Translations under genes and position numbers: made by a program
Notes under the pieces: model-generated
The model's input: only the letters and a program-made list of their open reading frames with translations
The model's database searches: none
Told to the model about the DNA's origin: nothing
Shown: one piece after another, positions 11,401 through 22,353 of the stretch
How positions within the stretch are numbered: position 1 is the first letter of the stretch
How the letters are laid out: every line of letters begins with the position of its first letter
Assembly: GCA_947456185.1 (NCBI GenBank)
Contig: CANGPW010000001.1
Span: 17,884-81,883, forward strand
Source of the DNA: Bacteroidota bacterium
GTDB taxonomy: Bacteria > Bacteroidota > Bacteroidia > UKL13-3
Reading direction: 5' to 3'
Length of the DNA stretch: 64,000 nt

Positions 11401-14400
11401 GCAAGAAGTTATTTCTTTGCAAATAATTTCATTTCAAATATTCTTTCTATTGGTTCAGGTACAGGTTCTCCAACGAGTTTATTAAATCCAACAGGTATTT
11501 TAATAGATGGTACAACTGCAAATACTTATACAGCTGCAGATATAGTTACAATGTCTAACAATACCATTAACATGAATGGTAATAATATTTTATCAGCAAA
11601 TAGTTCAATTTCAGCCTTGTTTTTAGGTTCTTCAATTAGAGGAGGTATATCAAGTGTAAATAATATATTTGGTGTAACAGCAAATAGAACTACAGCAGGT
11701 ACGAAATATTCTGTTATTGCAGTTTCGCCTACTAGTCCATTTGCTTTAAATCCAGTATTTTCAATTCCAGCTTCAGACTTCAATTCATACTTCGTTGCTG
11801 GAACTAACCCAACTGCAACTAATAATATATTGATGGCAACTCCATCAACTACTGTTCCAACTAGAATGAACATTAATACTTTACGTCAGTATACAGGAAC
11901 TACTGCAGATTTAAGTTCATTTAACTTTCCAACTAAATTTTTATCTGATACTTTACCAAATTTAGATGCGGTAACTGCTGGTTCTAGATATACTGCAGGT
12001 GCTTCAGTTTCATTAGTACTTATTGATATTTATGGTGCTACTAGATCACTAGGACCTCAAATGGGTGCTGTAAAATTGAATTTAATAAACACTCCTTTAC
12101 AACCTAATGCTACTTATCAAATTAATGGGGTAGATAATTATCCTGTTTTAGCTAGTGCAAGCACCGGATCATTTAAAACATTGCGTTCAGCAGTTAATTA
12201 TTTAAATGCATTTGGAGTTGGTTTAGCATTTTCAGGTTCTAATCCTGTTCGTTTAGCCTTTAGTAGTGGATATGTTGGTGAAACTGATACTTTTGTTACT
12301 CCAATTACTGTTTTTGATTATCCTTCTGCTACTTCTACTGTTCCAGTTATAGTAACTGTTGCTGCTGGTCGTCAAGACACCATTAAATTTACAAACGTAA
12401 TAACTGCTCCAGCTGATAACTCTAGTTTAATTAGATTTACTAGTGCTAGTTATTTTGGCTTTGATGGTTCTAATAATGGAACTAATACAAGAGATTTAAC
12501 CATTGTAATGCCAAGCAATATGACTTCATCTACTTATAAAATAATTGATATTTTAGGTGGACAAAGTTCAATTTTTGCTACTAGTCTTTCTACTTCAAAT
12601 AATTTTGTAAATAATTGTAATTTGATTGGAAACTCTACAACAACTGCTATCAATACTTTTGCTGCTATTTACATGGGTGGAATTACTGCTACTCCTTCTA
12701 ATGGTGCTGGCTTAGGTGGAAATAACAATAATTTATTCTCAAATAACTTTATTGGTGGATGTCAATATGGTATTTACTTAAGAGGAAATGGTGTAAGAGG
12801 GCAAGGAGATGTTACTACTTCAATTTTAAACAATGTGATTGGTGGTATTAATGCTCCTGGTGGAACACTAAAGACAAATTATTTTGGTGGAATTAATAAT
12901 GCTGCTGGAATTTTTTGTGTTGGTCAATACAGGGCAAACATTAATCAAAATAAGATTCAAAACAACATGAATACTTTTTCAAACCCTAGAGGAATTGAAT
13001 TAGGAACCATTGCTGGTGTTGGTTCGAATACTATTTTAGATTCTGCCAACATAATTGATGGAAATATTATTAATAATATAAGTTCAACAATTACTGGAAG
13101 TGCTGCTTATGGTATTTATATGAATTTTGGAGCGGATGCTGGTAATGTCACAAATAGCACTAGAATTTCTAATAACATGATTTCTAAAATTTCTGCTACT
13201 GGTTCTGCTACATTAATGAGTGGTGTTTATGGAATTGCAATTGATGCAAATCCAACAAATCCTTACGCTGATCCAAATATTGGAATTTATTATAACTCTA
13301 TTAATTTAGGAGCTGCAAATACTGTTACTGCAGGCAGAACAGCTTGTTTAGCTATTTCTGATAAATTTGCTTTAAATGCAACTTCATTATTATTGAAATA
13401 TGGATTTAAAATGTCAAATAATTTATTCTCAAATAAATTAGGTGGAACATCTATGTTAGCTGGTGTTAGAGCGAGTGCAGTTCAAGTTGGAAGTTTATTA
13501 AGTGCTTTTTCTTTATCTGAAAATAACAATTACTATTGTAACGCAGCTTTTGCTTCGAATAATCAATTAACAACTAATGCAATTGGTACTCAAAATGTAT
13601 TTAATGGTTGGGATAGTATTAATAAATTTACTTTAGGTGATTTATATAGTACTAACTTCATTGTTCCTTTTACAAGTGATTCAAATTTATTCATTCCGGA
13701 TTTAACAAATTCTGTAATCTATCGTGCTGGTACTCCAGTAACTGGTGTAACTACCGATGTTGTTTCAACAACTAGAAATGGTTTAAGTCCAACAATGGGT
13801 GCTCATGAATACATTGGAGGTAATAATATTGACAGTGTATTACCTCGTATCATTCCTGCTAATGCTGTAGTTTGTTTAAGTGCTACTTTCCCTTCAATTA
13901 GTTTTGTTGTTGTAGATAAAAATTACACAGGTGATGTATTAACTTATAGAGTAAACGGTGGTACTCAATTTGATTTACCTAGTTCAGCTACATCATCAAG
14001 TACTAATAGCAATGGTTTCTTGGTTAGAACTTATAATTTCCCTGCTTCTGCTTTTGCTTCAGGTGCAATTATTGAGTATAAAATTACAGCTTCAGATATT
14101 GCTGGTAATAACGGACTTTATCCAAATCCTGCTGTAAAAGCTTGGGATACTTTATCTACCGGTATTGCTAAATATCCTTATACCATGAATTTTGAAAATG
14201 GATTAAAAGGGTGGTCAACTCAAACTTTAACTCAAGGTGCAAATTGGAACCCTGAGGCATTTGGTTCATCTATTAATCCTTCTCAACCTGTAGAAAATGG
14301 TATTAAGTGTGCTGTTTTCCCTGCTGCTACATTAGCAGCTGGTGCTTCAGCTAGGTTAATCTCTCCTTGTTTTAACTTAAGTGTTTTACAAAGACCAATT

Positions 14401-17232
14401 TTGCGTTTCCGGTTTTCTCAAAGTAATAATAATGTTACAAAAAGAGATTCAGTGAATGTATCCATTTTAATCAATGGTTTCCAAGGTCCTGTAATTAAAG
14501 TTGCAGTTAGACCCAATTCTCTTTCTGCATATCCAGATTGGTTTACTTATGAAGCTTGTTTAACTGAATACAGAACTCCAGGAAACAACTATAGTTTCCA
14601 ATTTGATGCATTTAGTGCAGGTTCTGGAAATAATATTTTAATTGATAGTATTCAGATTATAGACGATAAGCAAAATCAAGTTCCAAATGGTGTAATTCAA
14701 GCTATTTGTAATTTAAACCAACCTGTAACAATTACTATTCCTAATACTGATAACCGATACGTATACAGAGCTTTTGAAGTAGATGCTTTTGGTAACGGGG
14801 TAAGAACATTAGACTCAGCTACCGGTAATTTGGGAGCTTTAACTTTAAAATTCATTAATCGTCAAGTTGATACTTTAAATTATATTATTTCTGCTATTAA
14901 TTATGGTTCTGGAACTTATCAAGCTCCATCATCTGTGTTACAACCAAATTATTGTAGTAATAATTTACCTGGTACATTTAGCACAGTTATCAATCGTTTC
15001 TCTCGCCCAATTGTAGCAGCTGGTGGATATATTATACCTGATTTAACTCCAGGCGCATTTAATGGTGCTGCTAATTTAGGTGATCAATTTAAACCAGATG
15101 CTGTTAAATATAATAACAGTTTAAATTACGAAATCTTAACACCAAATAGTTTTTATACAAATGCTAGTTATGGAACAAATTGGACTTTATTAAATACTTC
15201 AGTTAAAACTGTTTGGGGTAATACTCCTGCAACAAATGTGGTAATAACTGCTCCAACAGCTTCATCAAATGCAAAAGTTACTTTTACTCCAACAATTGCT
15301 GAAGGCGATACGTTATTTGTTTTAAAAACTACAATTCGTTTCTTATCTACTAATTGTGATACAACTGTTTATCGCTATATCAAAGTAAACAACCCAATTT
15401 CATATGGTTTTGTTACAGGGCCAAGAACAGATACAGCTTGTACAGGTACTGGATTAAATTTCATAGTTAATCAAGGTCCTCAAGCAGGTGTAACTTGGTT
15501 ATGGACTTTTGGTGACCTTACAACTTCTACATTTGCAAATCCAAATAAAATTTGGAATACAGCAGGTTCTTACAGAGTTACATTAAGAGCTACTTCAGCA
15601 TTAGGATTATCTGATACTGTATCAAGATTAATAACTGTATTACAGGCTCCAAGTGCAGCATACACTGCTAGTTCTACTGCCATTATTTGTCAAAATGATT
15701 CAACATATTTTACAGTTACAAATCAAGCTGCTGGTTTAAATTATTTATGGACTTTCCCTGGTAATATTAATAGAACTACTCCACTTGCTACTTTTGGTTT
15801 TACCAAAGCAGATACTAACTATAGTATAACACTAAAAGTTACAAGTAGTTTAAATGGTTGTTTTGCTACTAGCAATAGAATTTTCCCTTCTTATGCTAAG
15901 CCTAAAGCTAATTTTTATGTAACTAGCCATTGTCAAGGTCAATACATGCCTTATACTGATAGTTCAACTATTTCAAATACTGATAGATTGGGTTGGTATT
16001 GGTCATTTAGTTCTGGTGAAACTCGTCAATCAAATAGTTTCCAAATTAAATTTGCAAACAGTGGAAATGTTACTGTTCGTTTACGTTTAGTTTCTGCTGC
16101 TGGTTGTGAAGATTCTACTTCGAGATTAGTAACTGTTTATGAAACTCCTAAACCTGATTTCTTATTTACTTCTGCTTGTACCAACGATTCAACTACATTT
16201 AATAATCAAAGTACTTATGGTGCTGGTATTCAAAATGCAGGTTATATTTGGGATTTAGGTGATAATAGCGGTATTGATTTACGCCAAGATCCTAAGCATC
16301 GTTACTTAAACAATAACAGCGGTGATCCATTTGTTGTTAAATTAGTAGCTTACAATAAATTATTTGGTTGTAAAGATTCGGTAACTAAAAATGTAATTGT
16401 TAAAACCGCACCAGTTGCTGTTGCTGAATTAAGTGGCACCATTAAAACAGGTGTAACAACTGATAAAGTTTGTCAAGGTAATTCAGTAACATTTACTAGC
16501 AAATCTTTCGCTTCTAGTGGTTCTGGTATTACTTGTGCATGGGTATTTGGTAATGGTCCAAGTAGCGGTGCATGTAATTCATCTAACATCTATCCTGATG
16601 CTGGTGTTTATACTTGGAGTATTTCAGCTACTTCTGATGGTTGTATTGATACAAAATCTGGTACTATTACTGTTGTTGCTAAACCAATCATTACATACAC
16701 TAAACAATCGTTCGCTATACCAGGTAAGTTTACGGTGAATAACCGTAAAGTATTAACACCTTCTGATTTATCATCTGACATGAACCAATATTTATGGAAT
16801 TATGGCGATGCTGATAGTACTACTACTTCGCAACGTATTGCTGATTTTACTTATAATAAAAGTGGTACATTCAAAGTTAGAATGCAAGTTACAACTGCCG
16901 AAGGTTGTGTAGTTAATTACCAAGATACAGTTGTAGTTAATGTAAGTGTTAGTGCAGGTGAAGAATTAGCTAGTAAGTTTAACTTATCTGCTTATCCTAA
17001 TCCTTTTGCTAATAACACAGTAATAGGTTTAAGTTTAACAAAAACTGAAGACATTACAATTACAATTACAGATATATTAGGAAGAGTAATTTCTACTTCA
17101 TCTCATAAGAATGTAGCAAGCGGTAAACATGAATTTGAATTAACTTCAAATAACTTTACTGCTGCTGGTACTTATATTATAAAAGTTCAAATTGGTGACG
17201 AAATGATTGTTAAATCATTAGTTAAACAATAA
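8467..17232 (+). CDS. Giant T9SS-secreted surface protein: 3 right-handed beta-helix modules, adhesin-like domain, PKD repeats, C-terminal sorting domain
   Basis: Signal peptide; three homologous N/G/I-rich modules; PKD motifs (WTFGD, WDLGD, WVFGN, WNYGD); CTD AYPNPF...GTYIIKV...KSLVKQ. Confidence 0.88.
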   Translation: MKSNLTNFYAKLSLYLVVFIGLTASSAFAQGFAGGKTYVVNGQADLVAPVDTFANLSGAGNTGAITYLNTNGIDVTQATGLVTILLASGYSGVEPTAIQVGQTNGSGYPNMSSTRPIVLKPAAGLNFVISSTAIIAANGSLFRVFGSTDFTIDGSGTSGQRNITFNMATSNATTAKVIDFIPASANRLRNVGIKNCIIVGNSVGTTINTYAGIYFGGISSNTAPALLGTNYNISYVNNLIMAVQNGISHRGFATITTLFPSQDTGVNIINNIIGNYNNPINAANSACIGGTTSNLAGIYLNTVANSTISGNIIRNTLPLSVSSVNANFSGIRLDGTGGIALDSNIRVVKNQIYGIYSNATSQGVSGIRVSLGATTSPRNILIANNSIAKIASISGGSLYTTMGNYTAGILIDVATANVGLEVLFNSVNLTGDTIASNSISACFVTSSTTLGGITMMNNSYVNKLSRTIGDGTTTFGNIAGYQNYAVIVAGNNANPFTFSNFNNYFANTFGGGYAFVAGLNRNNLLTNVSTLKSYVTFCPSDTNSFAIIPPSTSDTLWSVASGFSHRTYNRGYALATLDQFSFAVYNALKNKISDDIFGNSRTGLGRFTSIGCHQWLGDSIDIPTALRGGITYNIDGFSSPPLATTPNTGSFKDIAEAITYLNSYGIIGNQNNVTLRIFAGYARETGWIPAIIDYPGSDPSLNVIIRPNVGVVDTIWAPNAPNMGNTSVLRFMGAKNVIVDGLTSSSPNVRNLTFMFRGQSVTNNARVIGIVPTDVPCQNITIKNVNIIGNTSTTAINTHSGIYYGYPLTNTIPAGNDTLRTIANSNISISNNLIQGVRNGIVVLGSAANPAGSAPDFKGTASGTPSFRIANLKITGNIIGGNTSPNGSLPTTFIGGAANQAGIYVQGIEATLIDSNIIRNTLPATALSNGFRGIEVNEASTLYPNFDVTVTKNFIYNLVTVSGQSAIGIRTYFNAPNGARSYFFANNFISNILSIGSGTGSPTSLLNPTGILIDGTTANTYTAADIVTMSNNTINMNGNNILSANSSISALFLGSSIRGGISSVNNIFGVTANRTTAGTKYSVIAVSPTSPFALNPVFSIPASDFNSYFVAGTNPTATNNILMATPSTTVPTRMNINTLRQYTGTTADLSSFNFPTKFLSDTLPNLDAVTAGSRYTAGASVSLVLIDIYGATRSLGPQMGAVKLNLINTPLQPNATYQINGVDNYPVLASASTGSFKTLRSAVNYLNAFGVGLAFSGSNPVRLAFSSGYVGETDTFVTPITVFDYPSATSTVPVIVTVAAGRQDTIKFTNVITAPADNSSLIRFTSASYFGFDGSNNGTNTRDLTIVMPSNMTSSTYKIIDILGGQSSIFATSLSTSNNFVNNCNLIGNSTTTAINTFAAIYMGGITATPSNGAGLGGNNNNLFSNNFIGGCQYGIYLRGNGVRGQGDVTTSILNNVIGGINAPGGTLKTNYFGGINNAAGIFCVGQYRANINQNKIQNNMNTFSNPRGIELGTIAGVGSNTILDSANIIDGNIINNISSTITGSAAYGIYMNFGADAGNVTNSTRISNNMISKISATGSATLMSGVYGIAIDANPTNPYADPNIGIYYNSINLGAANTVTAGRTACLAISDKFALNATSLLLKYGFKMSNNLFSNKLGGTSMLAGVRASAVQVGSLLSAFSLSENNNYYCNAAFASNNQLTTNAIGTQNVFNGWDSINKFTLGDLYSTNFIVPFTSDSNLFIPDLTNSVIYRAGTPVTGVTTDVVSTTRNGLSPTMGAHEYIGGNNIDSVLPRIIPANAVVCLSATFPSISFVVVDKNYTGDVLTYRVNGGTQFDLPSSATSSSTNSNGFLVRTYNFPASAFASGAIIEYKITASDIAGNNGLYPNPAVKAWDTLSTGIAKYPYTMNFENGLKGWSTQTLTQGANWNPEAFGSSINPSQPVENGIKCAVFPAATLAAGASARLISPCFNLSVLQRPILRFRFSQSNNNVTKRDSVNVSILINGFQGPVIKVAVRPNSLSAYPDWFTYEACLTEYRTPGNNYSFQFDAFSAGSGNNILIDSIQIIDDKQNQVPNGVIQAICNLNQPVTITIPNTDNRYVYRAFEVDAFGNGVRTLDSATGNLGALTLKFINRQVDTLNYIISAINYGSGTYQAPSSVLQPNYCSNNLPGTFSTVINRFSRPIVAAGGYIIPDLTPGAFNGAANLGDQFKPDAVKYNNSLNYEILTPNSFYTNASYGTNWTLLNTSVKTVWGNTPATNVVITAPTASSNAKVTFTPTIAEGDTLFVLKTTIRFLSTNCDTTVYRYIKVNNPISYGFVTGPRTDTACTGTGLNFIVNQGPQAGVTWLWTFGDLTTSTFANPNKIWNTAGSYRVTLRATSALGLSDTVSRLITVLQAPSAAYTASSTAIICQNDSTYFTVTNQAAGLNYLWTFPGNINRTTPLATFGFTKADTNYSITLKVTSSLNGCFATSNRIFPSYAKPKANFYVTSHCQGQYMPYTDSSTISNTDRLGWYWSFSSGETRQSNSFQIKFANSGNVTVRLRLVSAAGCEDSTSRLVTVYETPKPDFLFTSACTNDSTTFNNQSTYGAGIQNAGYIWDLGDNSGIDLRQDPKHRYLNNNSGDPFVVKLVAYNKLFGCKDSVTKNVIVKTAPVAVAELSGTIKTGVTTDKVCQGNSVTFTSKSFASSGSGITCAWVFGNGPSSGACNSSNIYPDAGVYTWSISATSDGCIDTKSGTITVVAKPIITYTKQSFAIPGKFTVNNRKVLTPSDLSSDMNQYLWNYGDADSTTTSQRIADFTYNKSGTFKVRMQVTTAEGCVVNYQDTVVVNVSVSAGEELASKFNLSAYPNPFANNTVIGLSLTKTEDITITITDILGRVISTSSHKNVASGKHEFELTSNNFTAAGTYIIKVQIGDEMIVKSLVKQ

Positions 17233-17245
17233 TTTAATTAAACAA

Positions 17246-17297
17246 TTAAATAAACAAACCCCAAAAGACGAAAGTCTTTTGGGGTTTGTTTATTTAA
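17246..17297 (+). terminator. Rho-independent terminator
   Basis: 24-bp perfect stem with GAAA loop just after the giant gene. Confidence 0.85.
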
Positions 17298-17317
17298 AAA
17301 AGGAATGTATTTAAGCA

Positions 17318-18043
17318 ATGAGGTATATTATTGAATTGGCCTATAATGGCAGTAATTTTCACGGATGGCAAAAGCAATTAAACGCTAGAACCGTTCAACA
17401 AGAATTAGAAGAAAAATTATTTACTTTACTTAAAAATCCAATTGAAACCCTTGGTTGTGGAAGAACCGATACAGGTGTTCATGCCAAACAGTTTTTTGCC
17501 CATTTTGACTTTCCTGAATTATTAGATACTCCTAATTTAGTTTATAAATTAAATAGAATTTCATCAAAAGATGTAGCAATTAAAAACATCATGCCTATTC
17601 ACGATAACTTTAACGCTCGCTTTGATGCTAAATGTCGTGAATATGAATATATAATTGCTACTCAACCAAATCCTTTTCTTAATGAATTTTCTTGGTACAA
17701 TCCAACTTCTTTAGACATTGATCTAATGAACCAAGCATGTCAATTACTTTTAACCCATACCAATTTTGAATGTTTCAGTAAAGTACATACGCAAGTAAAT
17801 AATTTTAATTGTAACTTGATGGAAGCTTACTGGAAACAAGAGGGTGAATTATTAGTTTTTACCATTAAAGCCAATCGATTTCTTAGGAACATGGTTAGAG
17901 CCATTGTAGGAACCTTAATTCAAGTTGGCTTACAAAATATTGATTTGACCTATTTAGAGCAGATTATAGCCAGTAAGAATCGTTCTGAAGCAGGAATGTC
18001 TGTTCCCGCTCATGGTTTGTTTTTAACTAAAGTAGTTTATTAG
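17318..18043 (+). CDS. truA: tRNA pseudouridine(38-40) synthase
   Basis: YNGSNFHGWQ, GRTDTGVHA, FLRNMVRAIVG and AHGLFL motifs. Confidence 0.97.
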   Translation: MRYIIELAYNGSNFHGWQKQLNARTVQQELEEKLFTLLKNPIETLGCGRTDTGVHAKQFFAHFDFPELLDTPNLVYKLNRISSKDVAIKNIMPIHDNFNARFDAKCREYEYIIATQPNPFLNEFSWYNPTSLDIDLMNQACQLLLTHTNFECFSKVHTQVNNFNCNLMEAYWKQEGELLVFTIKANRFLRNMVRAIVGTLIQVGLQNIDLTYLEQIIASKNRSEAGMSVPAHGLFLTKVVY

Positions 18044-18536
18044 TTTTAAATTTATTTTTAGAATCAATACATCGTATTTATTTAAATCTTAACTACATAG
18101 ACTATTAAAAATTTAAAATTATTAACATTTATAATTTTAATTTCACGATTTTCCTTTTTCCTTTTAAAACTTCCTTTTTCCATTTTAAATGATCTTCATT
18201 TAATTGGGTAAACCCTATTAATTACTCCTAAATATCTTTCAAATTTTATTTAATCATTTTCATTATAAATAATTAAATAAATGATAATTAGCCCCTTAAA
18301 TTTTTAATATAAGCTCTTTTTTTTGATTAAAATTAAAATTTAGTGTACAAGTTAATTGATTTACAAGTTTTTTACTTACCAAAAAAAATAGATTTGTGTT
18401 AACAAAATAATATTAATCATTTAATAATAAAATATTTTTATTTCAAAAAAAATCAAAGAGTAGTCCAGAGAACTCTTTAAAAACGGGGCGATATCTGAAA
18501 AGCCATAAGAGTAAGAAAACTTAAAAACAACAAACC

Positions 18537-19355
18537 ATGAAACAAATTTTTAATCAAATTCTTGATTTCCCCCAAATGGTGAATCAAAAAGTATTAAACG
18601 CAAAATTGAATTCAACAATTGATTCTTTTGATTCTCAAGATGGAATTCGCAGTTATGTTAAATTAATTTATCAGGTTGCAGCTTTAGTTGTATTTCTAAC
18701 AATGGAATGGGGGGTGTTAAATGCAGCTTTAGCACATTTGGGAAATCCCGTAGTTACCATTATTGGTAAAATTGGAAGTGTAGTTACATTGATCTTAATG
18801 GCTTATTCTGCATTTCCAATTGCACACATTATTAAATCAAAGGGAGAAACTCTTGGTGGTTCACATAAGGGTATGATTGAGTTTATTTTTAAAGATTTTG
18901 TGACTACTAACATTAGAATTTTTGGCGAAGTAATGGCAGTTCTTGGGATTATTTATTCAGTAAATTTATCATTATGTTTTTTATTAGACGCTGATTTACT
19001 TTTATCTTCTTCAAGCAATCCTTCATTAGAAATTTTAGGAAGTTTATATGCTTTTCCAATTAATACTTTATCTAATATTTTAGTTTCGTTAAGACTTGAC
19101 GTAATTGCTAATGCTTTGCAATCATTTACAGCATTTAAATTAACCGCAACCCAATCTTTTGGCAATGATTTTATTTGGTATGCATCAGATATTATCATTG
19201 TTGCAAGTTCATTTGTGAATGTAATTGCAGGTTTAGCTGTATTATATGTTAGTCTTTCTATATATAATTACATGTACTCACTTGTAGCTACTCTAACTAA
19301 CTTTATTCCTAAATTAGCTTTCCCTTTATCTATTAGAAATAGAAACGAAAATTAA
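18537..19355 (+). CDS. Hypothetical membrane protein
   Basis: 272-aa ORF with several hydrophobic helices, followed by a terminator. Confidence 0.75.
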   Translation: MKQIFNQILDFPQMVNQKVLNAKLNSTIDSFDSQDGIRSYVKLIYQVAALVVFLTMEWGVLNAALAHLGNPVVTIIGKIGSVVTLILMAYSAFPIAHIIKSKGETLGGSHKGMIEFIFKDFVTTNIRIFGEVMAVLGIIYSVNLSLCFLLDADLLLSSSSNPSLEILGSLYAFPINTLSNILVSLRLDVIANALQSFTAFKLTATQSFGNDFIWYASDIIIVASSFVNVIAGLAVLYVSLSIYNYMYSLVATLTNFIPKLAFPLSIRNRNEN

Positions 19356-19360
19356 TTTCC

Positions 19361-19427
19361 TAAATACTATAAACTAAAAAAGCCTCATTCTAAATCAGAA
19401 TGAGGCTTTTTTAGTTTATAGTATTTA
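19361..19427. terminator. Bidirectional terminator
   Basis: 31-bp perfect inverted repeat with 5-nt loop between convergent genes, overlapping the citrate synthase stop. Confidence 0.85.
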
Positions 19428-20741
19428 AATAGCTGCTTTTTTAGCTGCTACTGTAGCTTTTAACCATTCGTAAGTTACCGATTTTGGTCTTTCTAAAGGT
19501 AATCCTAAAGCTCTATCCCATAGTAATGAAGCCATTACTCCTAAGGCCCTACTTACTCCAAATAAAACTGTGTAGAATTCGTATTCTGTAAAGCCATAAT
19601 GTAATAATAATGCACCTGAATGTGCGTCTACATTTGGCCAAGGATTTTTGATTTTACCTGTATTTTCTAATATTGGAGGTGCCACTTTATATATTTTCCA
19701 AACAATATTTACTAATTTATCATCAGGCATATATGTTTTAGCAAATTCTTGTTGTGCAGTAAATCTTGGATCAGTTTTACGCAATACTGCATGTCCGTAT
19801 CCTGGAACAACTTTTCCGTTTGTTAATGTTTGTTGAATATAAGAAGCTATTTGTTCTTCATTTGGATCTTCTCCAATTTCTTCTTGCATATCTTTGATCC
19901 AACGAACTACTTCTTGGTTTGCTAATCCGTGTAATGGACCAGCAAGTCCGTTCATAGAAGCTGCAAAGCTTAAATATGGATCGGCTAATGTAGAACCCAC
20001 CAAATGAGTAGTATGAGCCGAAACATTTCCACCTTCGTGGTCAGCATGAATGACTAAATACAAACGCATTAATTTGTAAAACTCATTTTGATCATAACCT
20101 AACATGTGAGCAAAATTTGCTGCCCAATCTAATTTTGGATCTGAAGCAATATGTTCACCGTTTTTATAAGTTCTTCTGTAAATATATGCTGCTACTATTG
20201 GAATACGAGCTAATAAAGTACAAACGTCTTCATAAGTAAAATCCCAATAATCTTTTTTATTGATTCCTTCTTTATATGCTTTTGCAAAAACAGAATCTGT
20301 TTGTAACGCATTAATTGCTATTGCAAACTGAGTCATAGGATGTGTTGTTATTGGCATTGCATCTAGCGCAGCAAATACGTGTGCAGGAACATTTGCTCTT
20401 GCTGCCCAATTTGCTTGAATAGCTAATACATCTTCGTAAGTTGGTAATTCACCAATAAGCATTAAATAAAATAATCCTTCAGGAAGTGGTTCTGTTCCGC
20501 CTGGAACTTTTGGTAATAATTCTCTTAATTCTGGAATGGTATAACCTCTAAAACGTATTCCTTCATTTGAATCTAATAAAGAAGTTTCTGTTAATAATCC
20601 AATGATACCTTTTTGTCCATGATAAACATCTTCAACGGTACAATTTGCTAATATAACGTCACCGTTTTCTTTTACAAAGTTTCTAATTTCTACTGCTAAG
20701 GGTAATGCTTTTTCAGCAAATTTTGTCTTTAAATTACTCAT
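19425..20741 (-). CDS. gltA: Citrate synthase (eukaryotic-like type)
   Basis: [38 protein letters not shown] and [10 protein letters not shown] motifs. Confidence 0.96.
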   Translation of the reverse strand: MSNLKTKFAEKALPLAVEIRNFVKENGDVILANCTVEDVYHGQKGIIGLLTETSLLDSNEGIRFRGYTIPELRELLPKVPGGTEPLPEGLFYLMLIGELPTYEDVLAIQANWAARANVPAHVFAALDAMPITTHPMTQFAIAINALQTDSVFAKAYKEGINKKDYWDFTYEDVCTLLARIPIVAAYIYRRTYKNGEHIASDPKLDWAANFAHMLGYDQNEFYKLMRLYLVIHADHEGGNVSAHTTHLVGSTLADPYLSFAASMNGLAGPLHGLANQEVVRWIKDMQEEIGEDPNEEQIASYIQQTLTNGKVVPGYGHAVLRKTDPRFTAQQEFAKTYMPDDKLVNIVWKIYKVAPPILENTGKIKNPWPNVDAHSGALLLHYGFTEYEFYTVLFGVSRALGVMASLLWDRALGLPLERPKSVTYEWLKATVAAKKAAI

Positions 20742-20863
20742 TTTATATTGTAGTATAAACTGCTTTGCAGTTGTTTTTTTTAACTGTTCAAAATTAGTTA
20801 TTGTTTTGATTGATGCAAAAAAACTAATCGAATATTTCTGTTTTGTGACGAGGATTATAAAAT

Positions 20864-21277
20864 TTACTGTGTAGCACCATGATTGCCCTCGGTAATTACA
20901 GTACCTTCAGTATCTATAATTTCAAGCTTACCATTCAATCTTACTACCGCTCTGCCGTTTTTAAAAGGACCAATAAAACTAAATTTACATTCAATTACTT
21001 CCTCTCCTTCTTCATTGATAAAACCGTATTTTGCTTCTCTAAGTACTTTTGCTCTGCCACCTTCAAAAGGAAAAATTTCTTCGTATTTGCATGGTATAAA
21101 TTCTTCACCTTCCATGTTTATAAACCCAAGTTTTCCGTTTTTTAAAACTTTTGCCTTACCTTTAATAAATGGATAAATGGCATCGTAACCTTTAGCAATG
21201 GCATTTTTTCTGGTTTGCGCTTCACTATAAGTATATGCTAAGGAGAATATGGTAATTAAAAGAATTATTTTTTTCAT
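20864..21277 (-). CDS. WG-repeat secreted protein
   Basis: Signal peptide MKKIILL; repeats of GFIN.EGEE.I.CKY..I.PF..G.A.V. Confidence 0.85.
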   Translation of the reverse strand: MKKIILLITIFSLAYTYSEAQTRKNAIAKGYDAIYPFIKGKAKVLKNGKLGFINMEGEEFIPCKYEEIFPFEGGRAKVLREAKYGFINEEGEEVIECKFSFIGPFKNGRAVVRLNGKLEIIDTEGTVITEGNHGATQ

Positions 21278-21312
21278 AAAGGAGGGCGAATATGCTAAAT
21301 AGTTTTTTAAAA

Positions 21313-22353
21313 TCAAAGAATTGGACTGTTAATGTTTATTTGTTTTATTTTATTTATTAAAAATTCAAATTCAGTTTCTGTTATATTCAAATGTAACACA
21401 AATCTAATCAAATTATTACCCATACTTATTGCATTTATTTCATTGTTTCTTAAAAATTCAATAAAATGACTGGTGCTTAATTCAATTGGGTTTATTTTAA
21501 ATATTACAATATTAGTTTCAACGGGATAAACACTTTCCACAAAGTTACACGTTTGTAAAACATTTGCTAAAATAGTTGCTCGTTCATGGTCTATAGTTAG
21601 TCTATCAATATTATTTTGCAAAGCATACAAACCTGCAGCGGCTATAAATCCTGCTTGACGCATTCCACCGCCCATCACTTTTCTTATTCTGATGGCTTTT
21701 GAAATATTTTTTTTGCTGCCAAGCAGCAATGAACCAACTGGAGCACCAAGCCCTTTACTCAAACAAATAGAAATGGTATCAAATAATTGTCCATATTGTA
21801 AAGCAGATTGGTTTTTGGCAACTAACGCATTAAACAGTCTTGCACCGTCTAAGTGTAAAGCCATTTCGTTATTCTGGCAAACGGCTTTTATTTTTATTAT
21901 TTCATCAATTTCCCAGCATACACCACCACCTTTATTTACTGTGTTTTCAATGCAAACTAATTTACTAATAGGAAAATGTATATTGTTTTTATCATTGATG
22001 TTTTCTTGAACTTGATCTGCGGTAAATCGCCCATAATTACCTTCTAATAAGCGAGTAGAACATCCCGAATTAGAGCCAATTCCACCACCTTCGTATAAAT
22101 AAACATGCGAAAGTTTATGGCAAATTACTTCATCGCTAGGTTGCGTATGCAATTTGATTGCAATTTGATTGGTCATGGTTCCGCTGGCACAATATAAGGC
22201 TGCTTCCATTCCAAACATATCGGCTGCAAAGTTTTGCAATTCGTTTACAGTAGGATCTTCACCGAAAACATCATCCCCAACTTTGGCTTCCATCATGGCT
22301 TTAAGCATAGCCGAGCTTGGTTGGGTAACTGTATCGCTTCTTAAATCTATCAT
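21313..22353 (-). CDS. ltaE: Low-specificity L-threonine aldolase
   Basis: [28 protein letters not shown] and [12 protein letters not shown] motifs. Confidence 0.95.
   Translation of the reverse strand: MIDLRSDTVTQPSSAMLKAMMEAKVGDDVFGEDPTVNELQNFAADMFGMEAALYCASGTMTNQIAIKLHTQPSDEVICHKLSHVYLYEGGGIGSNSGCSTRLLEGNYGRFTADQVQENINDKNNIHFPISKLVCIENTVNKGGGVCWEIDEIIKIKAVCQNNEMALHLDGARLFNALVAKNQSALQYGQLFDTISICLSKGLGAPVGSLLLGSKKNISKAIRIRKVMGGGMRQAGFIAAAGLYALQNNIDRLTIDHERATILANVLQTCNFVESVYPVETNIVIFKINPIELSTSHFIEFLRNNEINAISMGNNLIRFVLHLNITETEFEFLINKIKQININSPIL

Noticed and set aside
8760..16738. Antisense or alternate-frame ORFs inside the giant gene and other CDSs
   Set aside because: Shadow ORFs arising from codon bias
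18044..18450. Replication origin in the AT-rich spacer
   Set aside because: No cluster of DnaA boxes or origin-linked genes was recognised
19425..20741. Eukaryote-to-bacterium transfer of citrate synthase
   Set aside because: The eukaryotic-like type is known in Bacteroidota; codon style matches highly expressed native genes
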